Position numbers and translations under genes: made by a program
NCBI RefSeq assembly: GCF_000315625.1
Contig: NW_005434632.1
Location: 329,227-393,226 of the forward strand
Direction: 5' to 3'
Length of the DNA stretch: 64,000 nt
Source of the DNA: Guillardia theta CCMP2712
Lineage: Eukaryota > Protista > Cryptophyta
Notes under the pieces: generated by a model
Seen by the model: only the letters and a program-made list of their open reading frames with translations
Databases searched by the model: none
Told to the model about the DNA's origin: nothing
Shown here: piece by piece, positions 12,751-25,101 of the stretch
How positions within the stretch are numbered: the stretch's first letter is position 1
Layout of the letters: each line of letters starts with the position of its first letter

Positions 12751-14095
12751 TCTCTACCTTTTCACTCTTAGTCTGCATGACGGACGATCCTCCTGACTTG
12801 GCCCCGTGCAGCCGCGAGAGGTTCTTGGGCTTCAGCGCCTCCTCATTCCCATCTTCGATACAGCTCAACACCCAATTCATGTGGCTGCAAACCATGTGAG
12901 CATAGGAGGAGGGGGGAGGAGAAGGGAGAGGGGGAGGGGGAGGGAGAAGATGATCAGGAGAAGGAGCATGAAGCATCAGCAGCAGCAGCAGCAGCACCAC
13001 CACCACCACCAGCACCAGCACCAGCACCAGCACCAGCACCAGCACCAGCAGCAGCAGCAGGATCGAATAGCTGAAGGGGGAGGAGGAGGGTGGAGTGTTG
13101 GAAGAGTTGAGGGAGGGGCGGGGGAGCGCGGGTTGAGGGCGGATGCAAGGTGACTGAGTGACCAGACTGAGATGCAGAAAGAAACAGCCAGAACAAGAAT
13201 GGGCTGAGGAAAGAAAATTGCTGGNNNNNNNNNNNNNNNNNNNNNNNNNNNNNNNNNNNNNNNNNNNNNNNNNNNNNNNNNNNNNNNNNNNNNNNNNNNN
13301 NNNNNNNNNNNNNNNNNNNNNNNNCTCTCCGAGAGCAGTCAACTCCGACTTCTCCCCCTCCTGGAATCAGTAGGAAACACGAAGGCAGAATAACAAAGCG
13401 GATCCATCATATCACTCTTTCCTTCCCACTCCCTTGCTCACTCTCCCTCTCTTCTCCTCCTCTCCCCCCTCCCCTCCTCCCCTCCTCCCTCCCCTCCTCC
13501 TTCCTCACCTTGTTTTCTCTAGGACTTATCTTCTGCGTTGTCATCCTGTTGTCTTTGATGCTCAAGGCCTCGAAGGGTGGAACTCTGCAGGAAAAATCAA
13601 CAAAGCACGTTCGCCTCCTCCTCCTCCTCCTCCTCCTCCTCCTCCTCCTCCTCCTCCTCCTCCTCCTCCGCGACCACAAACTCCTCTTCCTCTGCCAATA
13701 TCTCCTCCATCATCACCTCTTTCTCTCACTTCCCCTCTACCTCTTCCACTCCCACCTCCAAACATTCCCACCTGTCTGCAAACGGTTTGGTGTTCTCCTC
13801 CGGCTCTCCTTGCAACGAGACTTGCGATTGTCCCCGAATGACCTGCGGACGACCAAGTACCTCACAAAGCAGTGCGCAGCTGCTCTCGAGATGGCAGGAA
13901 GAGATGCAGGAGGAGGAGGAAAAGGGGGGAAGGGGAGGGGGGGGGTTGTGGTGGTGGTGGTGGTGGAGGAGTAGCAGGAGTAGGAGGAGTAGGAGGAGGT
14001 TGGAGTGTTGATGGTGCTGATGGTGGTGGTGCTGATGGTGGTGGTGGAGGACGAGGACGAGGAAGATGGAGAGGACGAGGAGGAGAGAGAGGAGA

Positions 14096-14175
<80 letters not shown>

Positions 14176-17015
14176 ATCTTTGCTGAGAGCGACCCCAGTC
14201 CACTCACCGCCTTGGATCTTTTTTTGCCCGACAAGGTCCAAACTCTGATGGTCATGTCCCAACTTCCCGTCAGCAGCTGATTCCTCTCTGCAGGAGATCA
14301 GCTGAAGCCCGCACGGGGTGAAGGAGGGAGGGGGGGAAGGTAGAGGCGAGGTTACCCTCACTCCCACCCTGCCTCGCTCCTCCTTCCCCTCGGAAGGAGG
14401 AGGAACACTGAAGGAGTGTTCACAGGAGCAAGGGGAAGGAGGAGCGACGCAAGGTGGGAGTGAGGGTAGACTAGAAGAGGTAGGAGGGCCCCGGGGGATT
14501 ACAAGGGGTGGGGGGATAGGAAACACGGGAGAGGGCACAAGGAGGAGGAGGGACAGGGAATGAGGAGGAGTGATCGGAAGTGAGCAGGAGAGGAAAGTCG
14601 GGCAGGAGAGGAAAGTCGGGAAGGACGGGGGAGCAGGAGGGCTGCTCGTCTCACCCGGGAGGAAGGCGATACTCCGGACGACATCGTAGTGACCCTTGTA
14701 CACGCAGAGGATAGACTCCCGAATGATGTCAATGAGCTGGACTGAGTAGTCGGACAGGCCGACGGCCTGCAGGCCCAGCTCCCCGATGACCTCCAGCGCA
14801 CTGAAGCCGTCGGTATCAAACCTCATCATGATCGGCTCCTCTGCCGAATGTTCGGATTGAGACTGACGAACAAGNNNNNNNNNNNNNNNNNNNNNNNNNN
14901 NNNNNNNNNNNNNNNNNNNNNNNNNNNNNNNNNNNNNNNNNNNNNNNNNNNNNNNNNNNNNNNNNNNNNNNNNNGGAGGCAGGGAGGCAGGGAGGGAGGC
15001 AGGGAGGGAGGGAGATTCACCCTGATCGAAGATTCCGAGAGGGAATAGGGGTGCCCTGAGGCTTGCCACAACCTCAAGCTGTTATCATCCGACGCTGTCA
15101 GCCAGGCGTCCAGCTCGTCTATCCACCGGATCCTTGTCACCTCGTCCTCGTGCCCCTTCATCACCCCGCAGAGCTCGCAAGTCTCCAGCTCCCATATGTA
15201 GCAGAGCTCGTCCGCCGAGCATGTGGCGAAGGTGTCCATCCTCTCGGAGCTACTCACGTCATAGATCATCGACTCGTGTGCGTCCTCGATGGTCCTCCAC
15301 AGCGTCCCTGTGTTGGAGTCCCAAATCTTCACGCTCTTGTCCACACTGACGCTGATGAGGAAGTGCGCTAGCAAGCACATCGCCGTAATTTTGCCCGTGT
15401 GCCCTTCCAAGGTCATCTTCACGGGGTTCAGAAATTCAGACGTCGACTCCCTCTCTCCCTCCTCCTCCTCCTCCTGCTCCTCCTGCTCCTCCTGCTCCTC
15501 CTGCTCCTCTCCCCCGTCTCCCCCTGCTCCCCCTCCCCCTGCTCCTCCTCCGCCTGCTCCTCCCTCTCTCCTTGCCCCTCCTGATGACGGGATATTATCT
15601 TCCAAGGACCAACCCCTTATCACCGCATCGTCACCTCCCGTGAACAAGATCGACGTGTCGGGCCTGAGTACCCCCGCCACAACCGACCCTTGGTGGTCAG
15701 CGAACCCCTCCTTCATGCTGTAGAGCTGTGGGTAGAGCGCATTGGGTATATACCACTTCCTGATAATGCTGTCTGCTCCGGAGCTCACAAAGTCTCCCGT
15801 CCTCGGGTTCCTGACGACCAACTCGACCCAGTCCGTGTGCCCATGGATGATGCTGATGCAGGCGAGCGAGTTGTAGCGCCAGATGGTGAAGTTCTTGTGA
15901 TCTGACATGGTCACAACTTCACTGGCAGATGCCATGATCTTCACAGGATACTCGTTGTGCAGCGACTTGAAGTCCTCCGACTGTGGGAGGAAATCAGTCA
16001 AGTTCGTCCCCGTGCGGGGGTCGAACACGAAGGGACGGCAAGATCCCTTGATCCCCACCCACAGCGACTTCGTGGCAGGGATGCAGCACATTGTCTCCAC
16101 CGTCTTCTTCAGCTCGATGGTATAGAGCGGCGAGAACTGAGCATGGGCAGTTAGCGCGTCGTAGCTCCAAGTCTTGACGCTCATGTCGTAGCTCCCCGTG
16201 ATCAGTGAGTTCCCCTCGTTGTAGTATGCCGCGCACGTGATCGCTCCCTTATGGCACTTGGACTTGGCCCTGTTGCCTCCTGCGGTCATGACCACGAGCT
16301 TGTCCTCCACGTTGAGATCGAAGGCACACACGACACCATCGTACCCGCAGGAGAATATTCTTCCTGATGGCGTGCAGATAATCTCCGAGATGAACTCGTC
16401 GTGCTCCTCAAAGACTGACTGCGTGTTCAGCTCCCACTCGTCCCGCTGATGAAGCAGCTGGAGCACAAACATCTTCTTCATCCCACCCAGGACCACAATG
16501 TCGTGCCGTGAACTGTACCCGGCGCAGTAGATCGCACATGGAAACTTGCTCCTCACCACACACTCCCCCTTCGCGTTCCAGAGCGCAACAGTTTGATCGA
16601 GAGACGTCGAGAGCATCATCCTAACATGGTTCAACCACACCAAGCAGGTGATTCTTCCCTTGTGAGCATTGATGCATGACTTGCACTTGCCATCTTCAAG
16701 GCTCCAAACTTTGATCAGCTTGTCGTCTGCTGTCGTGTACAGCTCTCTTCTCTCAGGCGCCACTCCTATCGTTATCGAGTTCCCCTGTCCCCCGACTTTC
16801 TCCACCTGCACATGGACCTGCATCGCCATATTTCCACTCGCCGATTCTATTCCTGGCAGTTCCCGGGACAGGTCTCGCAATGCTTCTTACCCTCTTCGAT
16901 CACCTGCGACTCAATCTACTTCTCCTCTTTGCATGAAAGAGCACGTGGGAACGAGAGAGAAATTTTGTTCGCTCCTCCTCCTCTCCCGCTCGCCACCCTC
17001 CTTCCCCCTTTCCAT
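12292..17015 (-). CDS. Large WD40-repeat protein with acidic tracts, multi-exon (ends approximate)
   Basis: Many GH...WD-type repeats (AHKGRITCL...TVALW, GHTDWVE...IIRKW, GHTGKITAM...VKIWD, GHEDEVTRI...LRLW, GHYDVVRSI|...LLTGSWDMTIRVW). Downstream exons join in phase, including a D/E-rich exon at about 12373-12888. The start is 17015 via two short exons or the ATG at 16829. Confidence 0.85.
14047..14175. repeat. (GAGGAC)n microsatellite in a WD40 intron
   Basis: Direct inspection. Confidence 0.9.
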
Positions 17016-17481
17016 GGCGCTCCGTTGGAACCCCCTCATCCCCTCACATGCCGGAATCCTGGCCGCCCGCAGGGCCGCCCGGCTGCCAGGGCAGCTGCCA
17101 GGGCGGCTGCTGGGCCCGGCCGGGGCGGCTGGCTGGCAGTGGGCGGCCGGGCTGGGCGGCGAGAATGGTCCTGCGCCGCGCGCCGTGCCGCTGTGCGTTG
17201 AGAATGGTCCGACGAGTGAGCCGGGCTGCACGCTGTTACTAGTTAAGCCTGAAGGTACTGAGGGTTGGTTCTCAATTCATGTCTTTTGTCTGGTATCAGG
17301 GTCAAGCTAGCTCTTTTCTCAAACGGTCACTATACCAGTAATGGCTTTCAACTTGCAAGATCATCGAACTTCGGACCGTATCGTCGGACTCGAAGCACGG
17401 TCCGATCTGGTCCTTGATTTTGAGTGAAAAAAGCAAAGCATACCTACTTCAGTCGGACCGAATGCGGACACTGTCCCAGTA

Positions 17482-17510
17482 CTCGACTCTCCTGATTGTC
17501 CTCGTACTGA
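17482..17510 (+). repeat. Dispersed intergenic element, copy B (core fragment; 5' remnant at 17263-17308)
   Basis: Exact ctcgactctcctgattgtcctcgtactga; upstream ggttggttctc...tgtctttt...tcagggtcaagc. Confidence 0.8.
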
Positions 17511-17644
17511 GTAGCACTGAGGCCCGCCCGCCGGGGCCGGGCTGGGAGCGGCGGGCCAGTTTGGAATTTGACAAGGCCCGTCACAATCGGCCTCACTCTA
17601 TCCGGCGATGGGCCTGCTCGCTAGAGCCGCACAGACTGAAGTCA

Positions 17645-17759
17645 AGTTGTCATACTTCACTTGATTGAGTTGTCATACTTCACTTGATTGAGTTGTCATA
17701 CTTCACTTGATTGAGTTGTCATACTTCACTTGATTGAGTTGTCATACTTCACTTGTTTG
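17645..17759. repeat. 23-bp minisatellite, 5 copies (agttgtcatacttcacttgattg)
   Basis: Head-to-tail copies with no spacers, ~120 bp upstream of the giant gene ATG. Confidence 0.95.
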
Positions 17760-17875
17760 CCAAGAGTAGCCAGCTGAGCTGTAAGGAAGACTTCCCGCAC
17801 GGTGATGCTTGCTGTAGCACCTGCACTCACTGCGTCTCTCGCCGCCTGTGACCTGAAGTCTTTGCTGTGACAACG

Positions 17876-20800
17876 ATGTTTGGCGGGAGATCTTGGTGGA
17901 TTCTATTCCTCTTCCTCGTTTCTTGTCACTTGGAATTCTCCTCTTGTCTCAGCGTAGACGGAGTCATCTGGCAAGACAACCCCCTGGCCGGGTTGTCGAA
18001 CAAAATCTATGTGACCCTGTCTTTCAACGAATCAGTCCCCTCAGGAGCAATCTTCACCATATCAGGCCTGACCGGGGCAACCATCGCCTCTCCTGTTCCA
18101 CTCACCACTTCAAATGCTGGCACTGGAACTGATGCGTCCACTTACTTTGCTTGCGGAGCCAATACTGGGTATGGCTGTTGGAGCTCGGTTGACAACTCTA
18201 TGACGCTGCAGTTGAAGCAAGCAATCAGCGCCAATGTCGTTTACTCTTTCAGCTTCGTCGTCCAGAATGGAGCCACGGAGCAAGGCAGCCCACAGATCTA
18301 CTTCAAGTACGTGGAGGTGTACAACATGACCACAAAGACCGACAGCGCATATGGCGTGACCTCTGGCTCTTCGATCCTGCTGATCGTGATTCCAGCGTTC
18401 ACAGTGAAGACGATTGTGCAGGAGACTTTCCTTCAAGGGCTGGAGAATGCGATTACGGCCACCCTGCAGACCAATGTCGCTCTTACGGCACAAACCTCGG
18501 TCATCATCACTGGGCTGAAGCCAACAGGAAATTTATCCAAGTCCAGCCTTACGTTGGCAGGAGCGTGCAGCAGTACGTTCGACGGGCCGGGAGCCTTCAA
18601 CCCCTCTACCGGCACCTTGACTCTTACAGTTTCACCCTCAGGCTTCACGTCCAACACCTTGTGCACCTTGTCGTTCTCCATTCAGAATCCTCGGTTTGCA
18701 GTGAGTCCGCCCTCTCTATCGATTAGCGCCAGTGGGAATGTCAGCATTGCAACATCGACGTTCGACCAGACGGGAGTTGATCCTGATTATCTGCCGCTCT
18801 TTGTGCTGGGATTTGTCAAGAAACAGGTCCAGCAGTCCAACCCTTCTATCTCAGCTTCCAACACCATCACCGTCACGTTCTCTCTGAATCGAGAAATCAA
18901 GCAGCAAGTAGCTGTGGACACCGACAAGATCACCTCGGCCACCTTCACGCTGACCGGGCTGACAGGGAGTTCGACTCCCGATGCCACATCCCTTACCGTC
19001 TCCTCTTCCAACTTCTCCATCAGCGATACCACATGGACTCAGTCTACAGGTACCCTACGGTTCAAGCCGTCCGCGGACTTGGCTGCCTTCCAAGACTATG
19101 AGATTCATTTCTCGCTCTTGAACCCGTCCTATGGCCAAGATGCAAGGAACGTCACTATCACACTCGAAGCGATTGTCCCGGTCAAGTACGGTTCAAAATC
19201 AGCCGTGCTGGCGGTTGAGAGTTTGTCAAACGGGCAAGGCAACTTTGCGACCTTGCTGGTCGCTGACTTCCTTGTCAAGTTTCTGTCGCAGTCCGATCCC
19301 TCTGCCAGAGCAATCAACAAGTTAATATTCACCTTCTCCTCGAGTATCGACATGGCGGCTGCGGGCGCCCGAATCAACATCACGGGGTTTGACAACGCGA
19401 CAAGCGCGAGTGAAGTCCTGACCTTGACAGACGAGAGCGCTGCCGTTGGAGGCGCCGCATCATCCAACATGTACTTCTCCAGCTCCTTCGGCGGGACAGC
19501 ATCGACGGCTCTCTTCTCCAACGGCATCCTGTCGTTGTATGTCGTCGGCTCCATAAAGGCCCGCAGCACGTACAGCATCGGGTTCAGCATACAAAACCCT
19601 TCCGTTGGACAGTTCTCCCCGAGTTTCTACATCCGGTCCATAGGAGAGTATGCTGCTACCGCGACGCTCCTCGTAGGGAAGGCGCAAGGCAACAATGAAC
19701 CCCTCCTCATAGCAGGTATGCTGCTGCTGACGTTGGCTTCCTCCTCACTCCCCTCCTCCCTCCCTCTGACACGCTATCCTATCCAGGGTTCCAGTATGCC
19801 CAGGTGTACCAATCAGAGCAGTCAGCAGGGGCTCCCAACCTGCTTATTGTGAGTTTCAGCCCTTACACTGAGGTAGTTGCTGGGAGCCAGCTGAACCTTC
19901 TAAACCTCGTCGGAGCTAACAGCTCCGACGGGGTGATACCCCTGACCGACGACTCCGCCAACTCCACGTGCGTTCAGCTCGGGAACTGCGCTCTGCACTT
20001 CACAGCCCCAAAGTCGAACATGTCAGGGTACGGCCTATGGACCCGCAGCCCTCCGTCTCTCACTCTCCAAGTCGTGTCGACAATCAATCAAAGTGAAATC
20101 GTCTCGTTCTCATTCACTGTTGTCAACTCCAAGAACGGCCAGCGGCCACCTAGCATAAGCCTCTCCTACACAGGCACCATTTCGTCCTCGTCCTTTGTGG
20201 CGGCCACCTCGGAGGGTCCAGCTGCGGCCCTTAGGATCGCGGGCTTCAATTATTCCTTCATGTCTCAGTATCAGACGGGAGCGACAGAAATCAATTTCTT
20301 CAATCTCACGTTCCAGAACTATGCCGTCCTCTTTGCCAATCAGACTGTCATCACTGTCAGCGGTACTCCTCCACTTCCTCCTCCTCCATCACCACTCCTC
20401 CCCTTCCTCCTCCGCTCCATCCCCCTCCTCCACTCCTCCTTCTCTTCTTCTGCTCCTGCTGCTCATCCTACTTCTCTGCTCTTCTGCTCCTCCGCGGCTC
20501 CTCTTCCCCGTTCCTTCATCCTTGTTCCCATCCTCGCCCTCTCACCCTCGCTCCCATGTCTTCCTCCTTGTATCTCCTTGACCTGACTTCTCCTCCTCCT
20601 TCAGGCCTCCTGAACACGCTGGACTTTGACCCTCCTGATCAGCGAACTCTCAAGGAGGAGCCGCTGCTACAGGGCACCCTCAAGCAAAGCACCAACGAGG
20701 ACATTCTCTTTCTCGATCAGCCGTACAGTCTCTCCTTCTCTCCCGTCGGCTACCTCCTGCAGATAGGATCCGAGACACGATCGATCGTTTCTTTCTCCTC

Positions 20801-23800
20801 CGCCTACACCGTCAAGGTCTCCTCGCGCTTTGACGCCGGAATCAGCCAGTCGACTTCTACCAGCTACTCCATCTTGTCTGACAGCCTCTCCTACTTATAC
20901 GAGCAGGCGGCATGGAACACAACAGCTGGGGAGCTGTACATCTCGGTGAAGAAAGATATTCCGCTGGAGCGCTACCTCAAACTCTCCTTCCAACTCAAGT
21001 GCGTACCGTCGTGATTGCACAGGGAGGGCAGGGAAAGGGAGAGGAAGAGAGGGAGGAAAGGGTACTTTCAGGACAAAGGATGAAAAGAAGAGGATAGGAG
21101 GGTGGGGGAAGGGGAGAGAAAGGGAGGGGAGGGGAAGAATGGAGAGGGGTGGAGAGGTAAGGGATGGAAAGGGGAGGAAAGGGGAAAATGGACTGTAGCG
21201 GGAAGAAAAGAAGAGTTGGAACGATTTTGATTTGATCTACAGAAATCCAACGGAACCTCAAGACGCTGCGATTGTCTACATCAGCTCCTCGGGGGTAAAT
21301 TTGAATGATCCAGTGTGTTGATGTCTTAACATTGAAACTCTCCCTCCCCTCCCATCATTCCCTTCACGATCCTCTCTTCCTCCTACTACTTTCCCCTCCT
21401 CCCTTCCTCCTCCTCCCTTCCCTCTCTTTCGCACTCCTTTCCTCCCCTCCTCATCCCTGCCTAAAGGTTGCAAGCTCGAAGACGACAGTTCAGAACGCTC
21501 CGGGTCGCTTCGCTCCTCTCTTCATCATCGGCTTCTTCTACACCAAGATGTTCCAGAGTACAACCGAGGTCAACGCAAACAACAAGATCACAGCTATCTT
21601 CTCCACCACCGTCAACCTAGCCGCTAGCCTCAGCACTAAGATCTGGATCACCAATCTCACCGCAACTCAAACTCCCTCCTCCTCCTCCTTCCCTGTCACC
21701 GGCTCCCCCGCCGGTGTGTTCAGCCCCACGGCCTCCTGGACGCAGGACGTCGGGATCCTGACCATTGACGTGATCGGAGAGCAGGCTGACGTGCTGGTCT
21801 ACACGCTGGAATTTGTGCTTAAGAACCCTCCGTCAGGTCAGGATGAGCCGTCAGTCAGCATCTTTGCTACTGGAACGACCATTTCTCCCATCAAGTTCGA
21901 CTACGAGGTTGGCAACTTTGCACCCCTGCGCATAGGATACTTCACCTCCCTGCTAATAGCGCAGGAAACGCCGTCCGCGTCCGACTGGGACATTGGAGGG
22001 GAGAAGATTTCTAACTCGCTCTCTGTCTCGTTCGCGTCCAACCTCGTCCTGACCGCAGTCAACCGATCGACAACGCTGTTCATCAGTGGTACGTGCCTTG
22101 TGAGAGAGGATGGAGAGAGTGGAGGGGAAGAGAGGAAAGGAGAGGAGAGGTGAAGAGAGGAGAGGGGAGGAGAGGGGACGGGGGAAGTTACGAAGAGGAG
22201 TGGAGGGAGGAGACAAGGGCATGGCCTTACCTGAATGTTTGTCTCCCCCCAGGCATCGCTCCTCTCATCGCGGCCACGGGCACCATCATCAAATCCCTCT
22301 CAGCCTCATCTTTCCAGCTCGACGACTCGGCCTCCTCCTCCGACGCAGCATACAACAAGTTCACCTTCAGGATCAGAGACCAGTCTGTCGTCATCTCCAG
22401 CTACATAGGGAGCACAAGGACGGTGTACCTTCAGCAAAATCTTGACTTCATCCCGCTAGATGGGACAGATCGTTTCATCATCCAGAACCTCCAGAACTTC
22501 ACCGTCCCCCTCACCCACAACTACTCGGAGATCGCCCGGTCTGCCTCCTACTCCCCAACAGCGCAGGAGCTGGCTGTGACGTTCCTCGAGGACACGGTCA
22601 GGAAGCAGCGGTACTCTTTCTCCTTCCTCCTCCTCAACCCTCCAGAGGGTCAACTGTCCCCCGACATCTCTATCTCCACCGCTGGTTTTGTCATACCCTG
22701 GACCAGGATGGAGAAAGGAGCAAGCATATACCAGCCTCTGCTCATAGCAGGATTCGTCTCTCCTCCTACCCTGCGGCAGAACAACCCAAACTCGGGGGAG
22801 ACTAACAAGTTCTCCATCTCCATGCTCCTCTTCTCTCCCATCGCTGCCGACTCCGTCCTTGTCATCTCCGACTTCCACCTCCTCGATCCTGCAGGAACGG
22901 TTGTGGACCTGGTCACTAACGAGGATACGACCTGCGGTAACGTCAGCTGCGCGTTCTCCTTCTCCCGGGTCTTCTTCTCCTCTGCCAGCTCAGATGTCAA
23001 CAATACCTTCAACGACTCGTTGCCGGGCACGGCAGGATGGAACGGCAGCCATCTCCTCCTCCACGTCATCAACGAACTTCCTTCCTTGGAGACTACAGCA
23101 GACCCCACCATCGTTCTCTCCTTCTTCTCTCAGAATCCTGTCCTCGGCCAGTGGTCAGTAGACGCTCAGATCAAGATCCTCGGAGCAAACAGCCAGGTGG
23201 CGCAAACTGCGTTCAGCAAGACAGGAGACAACTCAGATCCTTTTCTGATCGCGGGCTTCAGCGTCGCAACGGCAGCTCAGAGCACGCCGAGCAGCGGGGG
23301 GCAGAACAACATTACTCTCCTTCTTCAGAGCTACGTAGACTTGGATGAAAACAGCTCGTTGGTAGTGACCGGCTTCTCGCTCCCTCACTACAACGCCAGC
23401 CTGATCGCGCTCTCGCTGTATGATACACAAGCTACAAAGGCTGGCAGCTTGTTCTCTGCCTTGCTGCAGACGCAGGAAGGAACTTTGAATATCTCGATCA
23501 AGAAAGGGCAGCGAATGCTCTCTGGTGTGAACTACACCATCATGTTCCCCATCATCAACCCTGTTCCTCCTCAGTACCCTCCTACTCTTTCCGTTCACAT
23601 TGTGGGCAAGGTCAGATCAGCACCCGTCGAGCTCTCATCACCTTTGTTGGACTTTTCTCCCTTGTTCATTGCTGGTTTCAGGACCAAGTACATGCAGCAG
23701 TCCTCTTCTTCCACCGACGACGTCAACTCTCTTACCACCACCATCAGCACAACTACCATGCTCTACAAAGGTACCCGGATTACCATCAAAGGGCTCGTAG

Positions 23801-25026
23801 AGACTGGGGCAGATACGGTCGACGGTGCTCGTCCTGTATCCTCGACCTCCTCCTCCATCTTCGCCACTGAAGCCCAGTGGACCAAAGTCAACGGAACTCT
23901 GGTGGTGACCCTGGCAGATAATATGCTTCCCCTCCTTGACTACTCCTTCAACTTCTCCGTCAGAAACCCCAAGCAGGGGCAGCCAGGACCCGCGCTCCTG
24001 ATACAGGCGACGGGGCTTGTCAACGTCGGGTGGGTCAACGTCGACAGCAGGAACGACTCGTTCAAACCGCTCTACATCAGCGACCTTGTAGACATTCTTA
24101 TCTCCCAGTCCACCACCTCCTCCTCTGCCAGGAACACGCTCACCATGATCCTCTCTCTCGAGGCTCCCCTCCTACCAGGGTTCGCAGAGTTCCAGGTCAG
24201 CGGGCTGCTGGGCTCGACGACTCCGTCCGGTCTACTGAACATCTCCTCCGACGTCGCCAGGGAGGGGAACTGGACACGGTCCTCAGGCACGCTCCTCTTC
24301 GGGCTCACCGTTGAGATGCAGCCGTACACCAACTACACCTTCACCTTCCAGCTCGACAACCCAGCTCAAGGCCAGGAGTCTCCCTCAGTCTCCATCGAAG
24401 TCCTCAAGACTCTAGATCTCGATCCGAGGTACTGGTCGGCTTACAAGAGGAGGATGCGCTACGACAGTGTCCTCAACTCTGCCCCCCTCCTCGTCGCAGG
24501 TCTGCTGTCTTCCTCCATCCAGCAGACCAACCCCTGCTGCTCCGCACCGAACAGGCTCAGCATGACCTTCTCTAGCCGCACCCTCCTACACCAAGGATGC
24601 TCCCTCACGGTCTCAGGCCTGCTCAACGCGCTGCATGACGGGAGCGTCATCGACATCCAGCAGCACATCAGCAATTCTACCGATGACTCCTTGTACTTCA
24701 CAGCAAACATGTCCTCGAACTTGTCGGGTAGCGGACTCTGGCTGCAGCAGGAAGATGCAAAAGTGGTGCTGTACTTGACGCAGGACATTCACCGCAATCA
24801 AACGATCTCCTTCTCCTTCACCGTTCAGAACCCCAGCACAGGACAAAGTTCGCCTGACGTCGCCATGGAGGCGAACGGAGAAGATTGCGCGATCACAAAG
24901 ACGCTGATCAGCAAGAGCAGCAGCAACCCGCCGCTTCTGATCGCAGGTGATGCAGAGATTGATTGCCCTTTTCATCGCCCTTCCTACTCTGTTGTCGCTC
25001 TCTCTCTCCCTCTCTCTGCTCTTTCC

Positions 25027-25101
<75 letters not shown>

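Noticed and set aside
17645-17759. CRISPR-like array
   Set aside because: The 23-bp repeats abut with no spacers, there are no cas genes, and the context is eukaryotic.
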